Shown: one piece after another, positions 47,030-57,900 of the stretch
Numbering within the stretch: position 1 is the stretch's first letter
Layout of the letters: every line of letters starts with the position of its first letter
Source: Verrucomicrobiota bacterium
GTDB lineage: Bacteria; Verrucomicrobiota; Kiritimatiellia; CAIQIC01; JAGNIJ01
NCBI GenBank assembly: GCA_043803015.1
Contig: JAZDKK010000009.1
Span: 5,592-69,591 of the forward strand
Reading direction: 5' to 3'
Length of the DNA stretch: 64,000 bases
Made by a program: the position numbers and the translations under genes
The notes under the pieces: generated by a model
Told to the model about the DNA's origin: nothing
Database searches by the model: none
The model's input: only the letters and a program-made list of their open reading frames with translations

Positions 47030-47082
47030 TTTTTTCCAATGCTTGGAAAATCCCGACGGATTTTTTCCAACCCTTGGAAAAA
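47030..47082. repeat. Tandem TTTTCCAA-N3-TTGGAAAA palindromes
   Basis: TTTTCCAA-TGC-TTGGAAAA and TTTTTCCAA-CCC-TTGGAAAAA. Confidence 0.8.
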
Positions 47083-47102
47083 CCGGCGCGGCAACGGACG
47101 GG

Positions 47103-48110
47103 TTACGGCCGCCAGAGATACATCAGGCGGGGGGTCTGGGCCTCGGCCCAGCGGGCGCGGCTGAGGGGCCAGCGCGCCTGCTCCAGGAGCTCGAAGAAGC
47201 CCGGCCGGTACTCGTAGCGCACGACCTTGACCGTGGGCTTGCCGAGCAGTTCGGCCGTCTTCGCCACCACTTCGTCCCAGTAGCCGATCTGGTCGATCAG
47301 GTCGAACCCCAGCGACGCATCCGCGGTGAACACGCGGCCGTCGGCTATGGTGTCCAGCCGGTTGGGATCGAGCTTGCGCGCGGCGCCCACGACGAAGCAG
47401 AACCGCTCGTGCATGTGGTCGATGACGTTCTGGAGAATCTCGATCTGCTCCGGGGGGACGTCATGAAACGGGTTCAGCAGGTCCTTGTTCGTGGCCGACT
47501 TGATCGTCGTGTCGGTGACCCCGATTTTCTCGCTGAGCCCCTTCCAGTTCAGCGTCTGCATGATCACGCCGATGGACCCGATGAGGGTCGTGGGCTCGGC
47601 GATGATCCAGTCGGCCGGCATGGAGATATAGTATCCGCCCGAGGCGGCGAGGTCCCTGAAGAACGCGACGACCTTCCGGCCGCCGGCGCTGGCCTTGAAG
47701 TTCCTCAGGGCCTGGTAGATCTCATCGCTCGCCGTCAGGTCGCCGCCCGGCGAATCCACCTCGAGGATGATGGCCTTCACGTCGGTGTCGTTCTGGGCGC
47801 AGCGGATCTGGCGAAGGATGGCCTCGATCTTGTCGAACTTGGTGCCGAAGAAACCCTCCCCGTTCTCGCGGAAGATGACCCCTTCCACCGGGATGCGAAC
47901 CGCCTTCACGTCGCCCGAACCGTAGGACCATTTCTCGGTCAGCTCCGGGAACTCGTCCTGGCCCTTGTCGCCGCCGCGCCCCCCGCCGCCCTTCGCCGCC
48001 AGGGCCGCGAAGAGGCCGAAGCTGACGGCCATGCTGAGCACCAGGAAGATGGCGAGGAGCGTGATGGTCACCCAGAAACCGGCGTGCGAACATTTGCGGT
48101 TCTGCTGCAT
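47103..48110 (-). CDS. sppA: Signal peptide peptidase SppA (short form, S49)
   Basis: VDSPGG, AASGGYY, GSIGV, DGRVF. Confidence 0.93.
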   Translation of the reverse strand: MQQNRKCSHAGFWVTITLLAIFLVLSMAVSFGLFAALAAKGGGGRGGDKGQDEFPELTEKWSYGSGDVKAVRIPVEGVIFRENGEGFFGTKFDKIEAILRQIRCAQNDTDVKAIILEVDSPGGDLTASDEIYQALRNFKASAGGRKVVAFFRDLAASGGYYISMPADWIIAEPTTLIGSIGVIMQTLNWKGLSEKIGVTDTTIKSATNKDLLNPFHDVPPEQIEILQNVIDHMHERFCFVVGAARKLDPNRLDTIADGRVFTADASLGFDLIDQIGYWDEVVAKTAELLGKPTVKVVRYEYRPGFFELLEQARWPLSRARWAEAQTPRLMYLWRP

Positions 48111-48128
48111 GGCGAGATTCCGGCCAAG

Positions 48129-48157
48129 AGAATACCCGGACCGCCCGGGATTTTCAA
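48129..48157 (-). promoter_or_regulatory. Sigma70 promoter of sppA
   Basis: TTGAAA-17-TATTCT on the minus strand. Confidence 0.6.
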
Positions 48158-48173
48158 CGCGAGACGCAACAAG

Positions 48174-49271
48174 TTATGGCGCAGCGCCCCGCCCCGTAAG
48201 AACGGTGCAAAGGAACGACTCCCTGCTGGCCGGGGGCGCTTCGATGTGCAAGACGGCGTGGGTTGCATCCTGGGTGGAGACGGCCACCTGGCTGTTCGTC
48301 AGCCGGACCTCCCAGCCCGGGGCGTCGAACGTGCGCGTCACGCGCACGGATGCCGGGACATCGGCCGCGTTGTCGATCGAAATCAGCCACTGGCGCGCCG
48401 CCTTGCCCGTGTCCTCGAGGGTCTGGAGCGTGTCCTTGTCGAATCCCGCCAGGGCCGGATTCACGGAGACCGTGGTGCCTTCCGGCGCCTCGACACTCCA
48501 CTCCTGTTCCGGCGGCGGCTCCGCCATGGGGGCCTGCTCCTTCAGGAAGTTCTGCACCTCCGGCGAACGCGTGAGCGCGCCGGCCGCCATTCCCCGGCCC
48601 GCCATCTTCGCCCCCAGAACTCCTCCCTCCGTCGCTTCCGGCGCCTCGGCTCGCCGGTCGCGTGCCGCCGCAAGGTCCAGCTTGTCGGCCGCCTGGTTCA
48701 ACGCGTAGGCGGCCACGTGGGGCGTCTCCGGCGGAGGGGCGGAGGCCGCCTGCTTGCTGGGCATCGCTTCGAGCGCCTCGTCGGCGGGCATCTCGGCCTC
48801 CAGCCCGCGGGCGGGTTCGGCTTCCTCCTCGGGTTGGAGCATGGCGACCTCGATCGCCGCTTCCGCCCTCTTCTCCTTCGCGACGTCGGCCGTCTCGGGC
48901 TTGGCTGCCATGAGCACGGCGCCGCGGCCGGCTCGCCGGCCGGCGAGCGGGCCCGAGTAGATGACGGCGACCAGGACGGCCGCGACGGCCGCCGCGCCGG
49001 TGATCCACGCGAACCTCGGTATGAGGGCGGAAGCCCGGGGCTCCGGCCGCGCCCGGCGGATCCGCCGCAGTGTTTCTGCAATCAGCTGTTCCGAGGCCGG
49101 GACCTCGTCCCGTAACTCGTTGAGGGAAGCCAACTTCTGCTGCAGTTCCTCGCCCCGGTCGCGGCAATCCGGGCAGGTCTTGAGGTGCTCCGCGATGCGG
49201 CCGGCGAGGGCTTCCGAGCAGAGCTTGAACTGGCAGTCGATGATCTCGCGGTCTGAAGGGTGACGGCTCAT
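48174..49271 (-). CDS. Zinc-binding anti-sigma factor (ZAS) with TM and extracytoplasmic domain
   Basis: HLKTCPDC (HxxxCxxC), one TM, ATG overlaps the ECF sigma stop. Confidence 0.8.
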   Translation of the reverse strand: MSRHPSDREIIDCQFKLCSEALAGRIAEHLKTCPDCRDRGEELQQKLASLNELRDEVPASEQLIAETLRRIRRARPEPRASALIPRFAWITGAAAVAAVLVAVIYSGPLAGRRAGRGAVLMAAKPETADVAKEKRAEAAIEVAMLQPEEEAEPARGLEAEMPADEALEAMPSKQAASAPPPETPHVAAYALNQAADKLDLAAARDRRAEAPEATEGGVLGAKMAGRGMAAGALTRSPEVQNFLKEQAPMAEPPPEQEWSVEAPEGTTVSVNPALAGFDKDTLQTLEDTGKAARQWLISIDNAADVPASVRVTRTFDAPGWEVRLTNSQVAVSTQDATHAVLHIEAPPASRESFLCTVLTGRGAAP

Positions 49272-49900
49272 CGTGCACCTCCTCCGATCGTCTCGGGGTT
49301 GGCATCGGGCAGCAGGCGCGCCAGGGTGCGCAGGGCGCGCGACATCTGTTTCTTCACGGTGCCCACGGAGCACCCAAGGGCCGCGGCGGCCTCGGGGTAG
49401 CTCAGGCCCTCGAAGTAGGCGAGCGTGACCGTGGCGCGCTGACGCGGGGGCAGGGCCTCCAGCGCGCGCCGGACGCGCGCCCGCTGGTCGGCCCGGGCCG
49501 CGGCCTCCGCCGGGTCGGGCCCGCGGTCCGGCACGCGATCCATCAGCGAGCGATGCTGAGCGTCTTCCGCGTCCAGGGACAGTGGCGGCGGCCGGCGCCG
49601 CTGCCTGCGTAGCGTGTCGAGGGCGAGATTCGTGGCGATCGCGAACAGCCACGGCTTGAACCGGCCTTCCGTCCGGAAGGACCGGGCCTTGGTGTGGACG
49701 CGCAGGAAGGTCTCCTGGAATACGTCCTCCGCCTGCTGCTGCACCAGGTTCATGCGGGTCAGGTATCCCAGCAGGAGGTTCGCGTAGCGCCGCACCAACT
49801 CGGCCAGCGCGCTTTCCTCGCCGTTCTGATAGGCCGCCATAAGGACCTCGTCGCTCCGCTCGCTTCCGTCGAGCGGCTCGCTCTGTGGCGTATTACGCAT
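49268..49900 (-). CDS. ECF RNA polymerase sigma factor
   Basis: AEDVFQETF, FKPWLFAIATN, LSYPEAAAALGCSVGTVK. Confidence 0.93.
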   Translation of the reverse strand: MRNTPQSEPLDGSERSDEVLMAAYQNGEESALAELVRRYANLLLGYLTRMNLVQQQAEDVFQETFLRVHTKARSFRTEGRFKPWLFAIATNLALDTLRRQRRRPPPLSLDAEDAQHRSLMDRVPDRGPDPAEAAARADQRARVRRALEALPPRQRATVTLAYFEGLSYPEAAAALGCSVGTVKKQMSRALRTLARLLPDANPETIGGGAR

Positions 49901-49981
49901 GGCGGCTTCCGGCGGTTGACACCGGAATCAGAAAAAATGCACGTCCCTGCACGATCTGCTATTCTAGCGCCTTCCCGGATT

Positions 49982-51070
49982 ATGGCTGGAAAAAAGCACA
50001 TTGCCTACTACGTAAGCGCGCACGGATACGGGCATGGCGTGCGGTCGAGCGACATCGTCCGGGCGCTCCGCCGCGACCACCCCGGGATCGCGGTCACGCT
50101 CATCAGCGAGTTGCCGCAGCCCTTCCTGCGCAACCGGCTCGGTCCGGCGGCGGTGCGGCTGCGGGCCGGGGCCTTCGATGTGGGCATGGTCCAGCTGGAT
50201 TCCATTCGCGTGGACGTGCCGGCGACCCTGGCCGCGGTGCAGAAGCTCCTCGCCCGGAAGGAGCAGATCATGGAGGGCGAGACCTCTTTTTTCAGGAAGG
50301 AGGGGATCTCGCTGGTCGTGGCGGACATCCCGGCCGTTCCGCTGGAGGCGGCGCGCCGGCACGGCCTACCGGGCCTGGCCGTCGGGAACTTCGCCTGGGA
50401 CTGGATCTACGACGAGTTCGCAGTCGCGGATCCCCGCTGGGCGCCCGTGGTGCGCGAGTTCGAGCACGGCTACCGGCAGGCCGATCTTCTGCTCCGCCTG
50501 CCGTTCCACGAGCCGATGCAAGCGTTCCCGCGCAAGGAAGACATCCCCCTGGTCGCTTCGCCCGGCCGCAACCGCCGGAGTGAGCTGGCACGGCTGACCG
50601 GCGCCGCGCCCGAGCGGAAGTGGGTGCTCCTGTCGTTCACGTCGCTCGATTGGGACCTCCGGGCGGTGGACAACGTGGAGGAGCTGACGGACTACGAATT
50701 CTTCACGGTCAAGCCCCTGGAGTGGAAGCGCCGGAACATCCATCCGGTCAGCCGGGACGACATGCCGTTCTCGGACGTGCTGGCTTCGGCGGACGCGGTC
50801 ATTTCGAAACCGGGGTTCGGCCTCGTCTCGGAGTGCGTGGTCAACCGGAAGCCGCTGGTTCATGCGGATCGCACCGACTTCCGCGAGTACCCGGTGCTGC
50901 TGGAAGCGGTCAGGAAGTATCTGAGGCAGTGCCCGATCCCTGCCGAGGCGCTCTATCGGGGTGAAGTCCGCGGCGCGCTGGATGCGCTGTGGACGCAGCC
51001 GGAGCCGAAGGAAACGGTGCCGTCCGGCGGCGCGGAGATCGCCGCGCGGCGAATCGTATCGTTCCTGTAG
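49982..51070 (+). CDS. GT-B fold glycosyltransferase-like protein (similar to the N-terminal domain of L-arabinokinase)
   Basis: YYVSAHGYGHGVR, NFAWDWIY, ISKPGFGLVSEC. Confidence 0.75.
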   Translation: MAGKKHIAYYVSAHGYGHGVRSSDIVRALRRDHPGIAVTLISELPQPFLRNRLGPAAVRLRAGAFDVGMVQLDSIRVDVPATLAAVQKLLARKEQIMEGETSFFRKEGISLVVADIPAVPLEAARRHGLPGLAVGNFAWDWIYDEFAVADPRWAPVVREFEHGYRQADLLLRLPFHEPMQAFPRKEDIPLVASPGRNRRSELARLTGAAPERKWVLLSFTSLDWDLRAVDNVEELTDYEFFTVKPLEWKRRNIHPVSRDDMPFSDVLASADAVISKPGFGLVSECVVNRKPLVHADRTDFREYPVLLEAVRKYLRQCPIPAEALYRGEVRGALDALWTQPEPKETVPSGGAEIAARRIVSFL

Positions 51071-51081
51071 CGACTGATCTA

Positions 51082-51150
51082 GGTGGCGCGCGTTGCCCGC
51101 AGCGCGCGTGAAACGTGAGCGGCTTGGGGGCAAGCCGCTCCACCCTGCGG
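51082..51150 (+). repeat. REPIN, left copy
   Basis: GGTGG-CGCGCGTTGC-cc-GCAGCGCGCG-tgaaacgt-GAGCGGCTTG-gggg-CAAGCCGCTC-CACCctgcgg. Confidence 0.9.
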
Positions 51151-51166
51151 GGTTGGTGAGGTGCAG

Positions 51167-51634
51167 ATGCCAAGGGTCTATCCGGAGCGCTTGTACCACA
51201 AGACGCCGGCATGGGTCTCGGATGCGGCGATCTTCCATGTCCGTATCCGGTGCCTGTCTGGCAACCGGAGTCCCCTCATTCGGCCGGACAACGGAACATC
51301 CCTCTTGAACTCGGTTCGGGACTACGCCGTGCGCGGGATGTGGTCGTGCTATCTCTTCCTGTTGATGCCGGACCACGTGCATGCTCTGCTGGGTTTCGGC
51401 AGATCCCGCGGGATGAGCGAGGTCATCCGGAACTGGAAGCGTGCACAGGCGCGGTGTCTTGGCATCCAATGGCAGGACAACTACTTCGACCACCGGATTC
51501 GAGATGGGGCGGTGTTCACCGAGAAGTACGCCTACTTGACCCGCAATCCCGTGGTCTTGGGGCTCTGCGCCAGTCCCGAAGACTGGCCGTGGAGAACGGA
51601 GGCATTTGCACCGGAAGCAACGCCCAAGTTCTGA
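51167..51634 (+). CDS. REP-associated tyrosine transposase (RAYT, HUH Y1 family)
   Basis: LMPDHVH (HUH), WQDNYFDHRIR, YLTRNPV catalytic Tyr. Confidence 0.92.
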   Translation: MPRVYPERLYHKTPAWVSDAAIFHVRIRCLSGNRSPLIRPDNGTSLLNSVRDYAVRGMWSCYLFLLMPDHVHALLGFGRSRGMSEVIRNWKRAQARCLGIQWQDNYFDHRIRDGAVFTEKYAYLTRNPVVLGLCASPEDWPWRTEAFAPEATPKF

Positions 51635-51637
51635 AGC

Positions 51638-51706
51638 GGTGGCGCGCGTTGCCCGCAACGCGCGTGAAACGTGAGCGGCTTGGGGGCAAGCCGCTCCACC
51701 CTGCGG
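51638..51706 (+). repeat. REPIN, right copy
   Basis: 68/69 identical to 51082-51150 (A at 51658 vs G at 51102). Confidence 0.9.
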
Positions 51707-51718
51707 CGCAGCGAGGTG

Positions 51719-51946
51719 CTATTCCCCGCCGCCGACCGCGTCCATGTCCTTCTGCCGCTCGGCGTTGACCGCGCGCAGTTTGTCGCCGGCTTTCCGGCCC
51801 GCCTCCAGCGCGTTGCGCTGGGTCATGGTATCGACGATCTCGCCGGCGCTCATCGGCTGTCCCTTCGGCGGCGGCTGTTGCTGCTGCGACTGCGTCATCG
51901 GACCGCAGCCCAGGAGCAACGGAATACCAAGGGCTAGAATCTTCAT
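51719..51946 (-). CDS. Small lipoprotein
   Basis: MKILALGIPLLLG-C lipobox; GGAGGA RBS. Confidence 0.7.
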   Translation of the reverse strand: MKILALGIPLLLGCGPMTQSQQQQPPPKGQPMSAGEIVDTMTQRNALEAGRKAGDKLRAVNAERQKDMDAVGGGE

Positions 51947-51998
51947 TCTTCTTCCTCCCGTGCGCATGGTCGTACGACGCGAAACGGCTTCCATCTCC

Positions 51999-54900
51999 CT
52001 ACGGTTGGACCTTTACCCGGTAGAACCGGCTGGTGAGGCCCGCGGCTTCGCTATCCGTGAAATTCTTGGTGGCGGACAGCGCCGTGCCGAAGTAGAGGCT
52101 TTGCCAGGAACTGAAGGCCGGGGCCAGGTTGTCCGTGCGCTCCAGCCGGTAGTTGATGTTGGTCTCCGTCGGCCAGGACACCTCCGGCGTGCTGCCGTTC
52201 ACCTGGATGAACACCTGGAGCACGTCGTTGCTGTCGTTGGCGCCCGTCGCGGCCTGCAGTTCGTCGTAATTCGGCATGCCGTCCTGGTCCTTGTCCCCCC
52301 ACGTACCGTCATCGCCGGACGCGCTGTTGGGATCGAGCCCGTTCGCGGTTTCCCATGCATCGGGCAGGTTGTCGTTGTCCTTGTCCCAGCTCTTGTACGT
52401 GCTGTAGTCCGGGTACGTCACGCCCACGTCCACAAGCTTCAGGTACTGGGCCTGCCGGCCGTCGAACTGGTTGTCATGAAGCCAGATGGTGAGGCCGTCG
52501 TTGAGCAGGTTCGTGCCGGACTTGTTGCCGTCGGTCCAGACGTAGTTTGTCGGGTTCACCGACATGAGGTCCCAGAGGTTGTACCAGCGGCCGGCCTCGA
52601 TGCCGAACCAGTTCTTGCCGTTGGTGTAGTTGGTGTTGACGATGAACGTGTCGATCCGGTTCGTCGTGCCGCCCTCGGACGACTGGTAGTTGTTGTTGAC
52701 GGCGACGAACACGACGTCCTGCGAAGCGGCGCTGACGCCCGGCTGCTCGAACTTGGCCACGACGAACATGTCAGGGTTCCAGTTCGACGACGAGACGTTG
52801 CCCAGCATGTAGTTGTTCTGGCTCCGCAGGGCAGGGGAGTGCTGCCGCGCCCAGTTGATCCTCCGGTAGGTGTTGTACATCGGCGGCTTCCAAGGCCCGT
52901 TGGTCGCGCCGTCCCAGATGTTGGTCAGGTTGTTGTACCGCTTGAAATTCGGGATCGCCTTCCCGAAATTCGTCTCGTACCGCGCGAAGTTGTTCAGCGG
53001 GTTGATGGCGTGGCTGCCATAGGCCCCCGCGTCGTTCTGGGCGCCGGCCTCCTGGCCGTAGAACAGCATCGGAGCTCCGTCCATCGCGTTGACGGTCGCA
53101 TAGGCGTAGATCACGCGCCACTGGTCGTCGTTCGGGTACAGCTCGTCGTGCGACGTCAGGTTCAGCAGGATGGGGGCCGCGTCGTACGCGTTGCGCCGGT
53201 TGTCCCAAGCCTGCCAGGTCGGGTACGTCTTCGCGTTGTCGTTCGTGAACGTGCTGCCGTTCCAGCTGTAGTAGTTGAAGAAGTTGTCGCGCCAGTAGAA
53301 GACCATGTTCTCGTTCAGGACGTCGAAATGCCGCGCGGAGCGGTAGCTCAGTCCGTGCCGCTTGCTGCCGCCGACCTCGCGGTAGCCGTCCAGCGACTCG
53401 GCCATGAAGATGAAATCCCACTTCACGCTGCGGGTCTTGTTGATCGTGTACTCCCAGAACAGCGACGGCAGGCCCTGGGCGAAGTCGCAGCGCAGGCCGT
53501 CGATGCCCTTGAACGACTCCGCCTTCGGCGTGTCCTGCGGGTGGCCGGTTTTCTCCAGCCAGTAGATCGGGTAGTAGGAGAAGTACTGCCACAGCTCCCG
53601 CGTGGCGTTCGTCGCGAAGCCGTCGAACACGTCCTGCTCGTGGAGATACTGGTCCCGCCAGTCGTCCGCCTGTCCCTGCACGAGGGCGTCGTAGGTGCCG
53701 AAGAAGAAATCGGCCACGTCGCTCCATTTGCCGAAATCGATCCGGTCGGGCGCCACGCCCATGTCGGTATCGCTGGAGGTGCGGTAATACGTCGCGTGGG
53801 TGCCGTAGTTGCCCGCCCTGGAGTACCACTGCGGCCGGACATCCCGGATGAGGTTGCCGGCGTTCGTGGCCCACGGGAACATCTGGACGCCCACCTCGCC
53901 GATCTCGCAGTCCCAGGCGCTGTGGTTGAACGTGCCGTCCAGCATAACGCCCACGCCGGCGCCATCCATGCTCTGCACGAAGTTGGTGAACTCCGCCAGG
54001 GCTTCGCTGCCGTCGGCGGTCCACGGGTCGCCCAGGACGCCGCTGACCGTCCAGTAGTTGCGGACGGCGTAGGGACTGCCGGGGTCGTAGTCCCGCAGCG
54101 TCTCGGGGTCGGTCTGTTTGTTATCACTGCCGATCGGATGGATCGGCTGCAGCCAGACCATGTTGACGCCCAGCTGGCCGTACGAGTTCGTGTTGAACAC
54201 GTCCGGCCGGTTCGTGTTGGCCGTGTAGAGGTCACGGAATGTGCTGCGCCCGTAGAAGTCCACGGACGTGGCCTCGGCCGTCATCGGGTTCATCTCGTAC
54301 AGGACCAGGTCCAGCGCCTTCTTCGGCGACGCGACCACCGCGCAGTCGCGGCGCAGGCCGCCGTCGCTGTAGTAGACGTACGCCCCGTGGTTGACCTTGT
54401 ACCGGGCGTTGATGCGGTACGCGCCGCACTTGTTGGCGTTGATCGTGAAGGTGTAGGGACCGCTGCCGCTGCCGCTCATCGGGTACGCGCGGTAGTAGGT
54501 CGTCTCGCTGGTGGTCGTGACGTCGTCCGGGTTCTGGTCGCCCGGCAGGACCGCGAAGTCGCGCCGGTTGAGGTTGGAGAACAGCTCGACGTCGGACAGG
54601 ACGTTGGTGCCGCCCGGGCCGTTGAGGTTGAGGATCACCGTGATGTCCTGCGAATCGCCGGCCCGCTCGTTCAGGAACATGCGGCGCAGCCCGTAGTTGG
54701 CGTCGTTCGTGTTGCCGTTGACGACGGTCCACATCTGTGGCTTGCCGATGTCGAAGGTGCCGTTGAGGTCCTCGTCGCGGATGCTCGCGACGGGCACCGG
54801 CTGAAACTCGGTCGTCTCCAGGTCGTTGGCGTTGTTGCCGTAGGACGGCGGGCACTGGCTGTCGAGGCCGCCGCCGTCGTTGTCGCCCATGGCCACTGCG

Positions 54901-57900
54901 GCGATGTACAGCACGCTCGGGACCTCGCCGAAGACCTCGGTGAGGTTCAGCTCGCCCTCCAGCGCGTTGCCGGACGTGCCCATGGCGACGCGGCCGCCGG
55001 TGCCGCTGTTGTTGAACGCGCAGAAACCGCCGCTGATCTTCGATTCCGCCACCAGGTGGGGCATCGCGGCCTTGTCGAAGAACACCTGGCCCGACTTGGC
55101 CCACGGCGAGGGCTCGGGCGCGGAGAACGCGCTGCACACGTAGAGGAAGTGATCGTCGGTCGTTTCGCTGCCGTTGGCGGACCACGTGGCCACGTACAGG
55201 GTGCTGCCCTTCACCGCGGCCAGGATCTTCATGCCGGAGTTGGCCACCTCGTAGTTCGCGTTGTCGAAGTTGCCGTCCATGTTGAAGTAGTTCGTGATCA
55301 CCACGCAGGCGCCGACGGTCACGGCCCAATCCGCGCCGCCGTTGTTGTCCCAGATCGTGCCCGCCGTGTTCCGGAACACGAAGTTGACGTTGGTGGCGTC
55401 GGTCGGGATCGCGTAGATGTACTGCCACGACCCGCCGCCGATGTCCGTCATCGCGTTGGTCGTGGCGTTCGACCAGTTGCTGTAGCCGATGTAGATCTGG
55501 ATCGGGGACTCGTTGCTCAGCGGGCCCTGGTTCCGCGCGTACGTGATCGTCAGCGTGTTGCCGGCGCACCGGGTCGGGCTGGTCGGCGTCCAGCTGGCGC
55601 TCGACGGGATGATGGACCCGCCGTTGGTCTCGACGCAGGTGCCGGGTTTGCTGCCGCCGTCGTAGAGGTTGTAGTAGTACGCGTTCGTGAACTGCAGGTA
55701 GCCCTGGCGGACCTCGCAGCTGTTCGGCACGCCGTCGCCGCTGTTGATGTTGTAGTCGCTGTCCTCGTCGCCGTCCCACAGGCCGTCGTAGTCGCTGTCG
55801 GCGTTCATCGGGTTCAGGCGCGTCCACGTCTCGCCGTAGTTCGGGATCATGTCCTGGTTGCCCGATCCCGAGTTGTCGCCCGGCCACGGGACGTTCGGGC
55901 CCGGCGAGGTGCCGTTGCTGAAGTTCGGCATCTCGACGTTGTCCGGCAGGCCGTCGCCGTCGGAGTCGACCTGGTTGCTGCCGTACAGGTTGAACGTGAC
56001 CTGCGTGGAGGCTCGGTTGGTCAGGATGCCGCTGACGGCGACGGCCTCGAAGAAGTGCGCGCCGTTGACGAACGCGCCGTACAGGCGGCCCGTGACGTTG
56101 CCCAGGACGTACCGCCCGTCGAACACGTTGGTCAGGCTGCCCGTGCCGTTCTGGAGCACGAGCGGGAGGCCGTCCCAGAGGAGGGTGACCTGGTTCTGGC
56201 TGAGGCCGGCCGCCGTGACGATGGTGCGGAAAAACGGCAGCTCGATCTGCGCGCCAGCGCCGCGGTTGATGCTCTGGAAGCCGATCGACACCGACGGGCC
56301 CGCCGTGTCCACGGAGAAGGTCCGCGTCAGGTACGACGTGTTGATGATGCTGCGCGAGGCGCCCCAGTCCGCCTCCAGCGCGCGAACAACCATCGTGTGG
56401 TTGCCGCTGCTCAGGGCGGACAGGTTGTAGCGCCAGGATCCCTCCATCATCTTCGTCGCCGACAGGTAGCCGCCGCCGTCGAGCTGGACGTCGATCGAGT
56501 ACGCCGTCCGGTCGCTGTTGCTGATCACGGCCACGAGGTCGCCGTCCACGGTCTGCGCCTCGGCCGGCGTTGTCGCGTTCAGGGCCGGGCCGTGACGGTC
56601 CACGTACACGGCCTCGCTGAAGGTCTGGAAGAGCGCCGGGTACCCGGACCGCGCGTTGAAGCAGCGCCCCTTCACCAGGTGGAGGCCTTCCGCCACGTTG
56701 GTGAGCGTCGCGGTGAGGCGCCAGTACGACGCGTTGGAGACGGCGTTCTGGTAGCCGTAGCTTACGAGCGAGGTGTCGTTCGTGAGGTAGGGCTGGCTGT
56801 CGCTGACGCGAAGGCCGTTGCCCCATTTCACGATGACGCTGTCCACGCCGGCGTCCGCCGGCGGGTTGAAGTACACATCGATATCCACAACGTCGTTCGT
56901 GATGCGGGTGACGGTGCGCGGCTTGTTGGTGGCGAGCGCGCCGCCCGGCACGACCCAGTTCATGGTCGGGCAGGACGCGCCGCTCTGCGAGAAGCGCAGG
57001 GGGTCGCCGTTCGCGCTCGCGTTCCGCGGCGCGAAGCACACCCAGCCCTGGCCGTTCATCCCCGCGGGGATGGGCAGGTTGACCTTCGGCACGCCGCCGC
57101 CGCCGTCGTACACGGTGATGTTGCCGCTGTCCGTGGTGTAGTTGCCGGTGTAGTCGTGGAGGACGGTGCCGATGGCGAACGCCGTCAACACGCCGTTGGC
57201 GGTCCGCGAGCCGCCGGAATCGTTGAGGCCGACCAGCAGGAGGCCCTCGTTGGTGTTGGGGGTCGAGCTAATGTTAAGGTCGTCGTAGCGCTCGTAGATG
57301 TAGATGTCGCCCTCGCTCCAGCGCTCCCACTCGCGCCCGCGCGCGAACTGGTTGTGGATGTAGACGAGGTTGGGGAGGGCGTTGTTGTTGTAGTCGCCCA
57401 GCGCGCCGCCGTGGCCGATCTTCAGCCAGGTCTTCACGTTGACGTCGCTGCCGTTGAGGTTGTTGCCGGTGAAGTAGACGACCGGCAGGCCGATGTGCGT
57501 GAGGATGTAGACGTAGGCCAGCTCGAGCTTGGACGGCGGGCTCTCGTCGTGGCTCTGGCAGAACAGCACACCCTCCTCTTCCGAGAAGCCCGAACCGCTG
57601 AGGGCCGCGAGGTTGCCGCTGTTGAAGGCGGGGAAGATCATCGAGCTCTTGCGCGGGAAGTCGAGATAGCGGAATTTCACGCCGTACGAAGTCCGCCAGT
57701 AGCTCACCTGGTCCACGCCGCCGATGAAGAACTCGGAGAAGATCAGCGCGTTCTTGCGATGGACGTAGTTCTTGTAGAGGTCCGCATACTCATCCGGCGT
57801 CGAGTAGCCGCGGCGGTTCTGAAAGTTCCACTGGATCTGGTGGTTGAAGCCGTTGCCCGGCGTGCCGAAGAAATCCGCGATCACGTGCTTCGGCGCGTCG

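Larger units (their letters stand above)
51082..51706 (+). mobile_element. RAYT cassette (REPtron) bounded by direct-repeat REPINs
   Basis: HUH transposase gene between two 69-bp direct repeats differing at one base. Confidence 0.8.

Noticed and set aside
51082-51706. CRISPR mini-array or IS200/IS605 element with TnpB
   Set aside because: Only two 69-bp repeats with a gene between them, no cas or tnpB; protein motifs and GTGG hairpins fit RAYT/REP.
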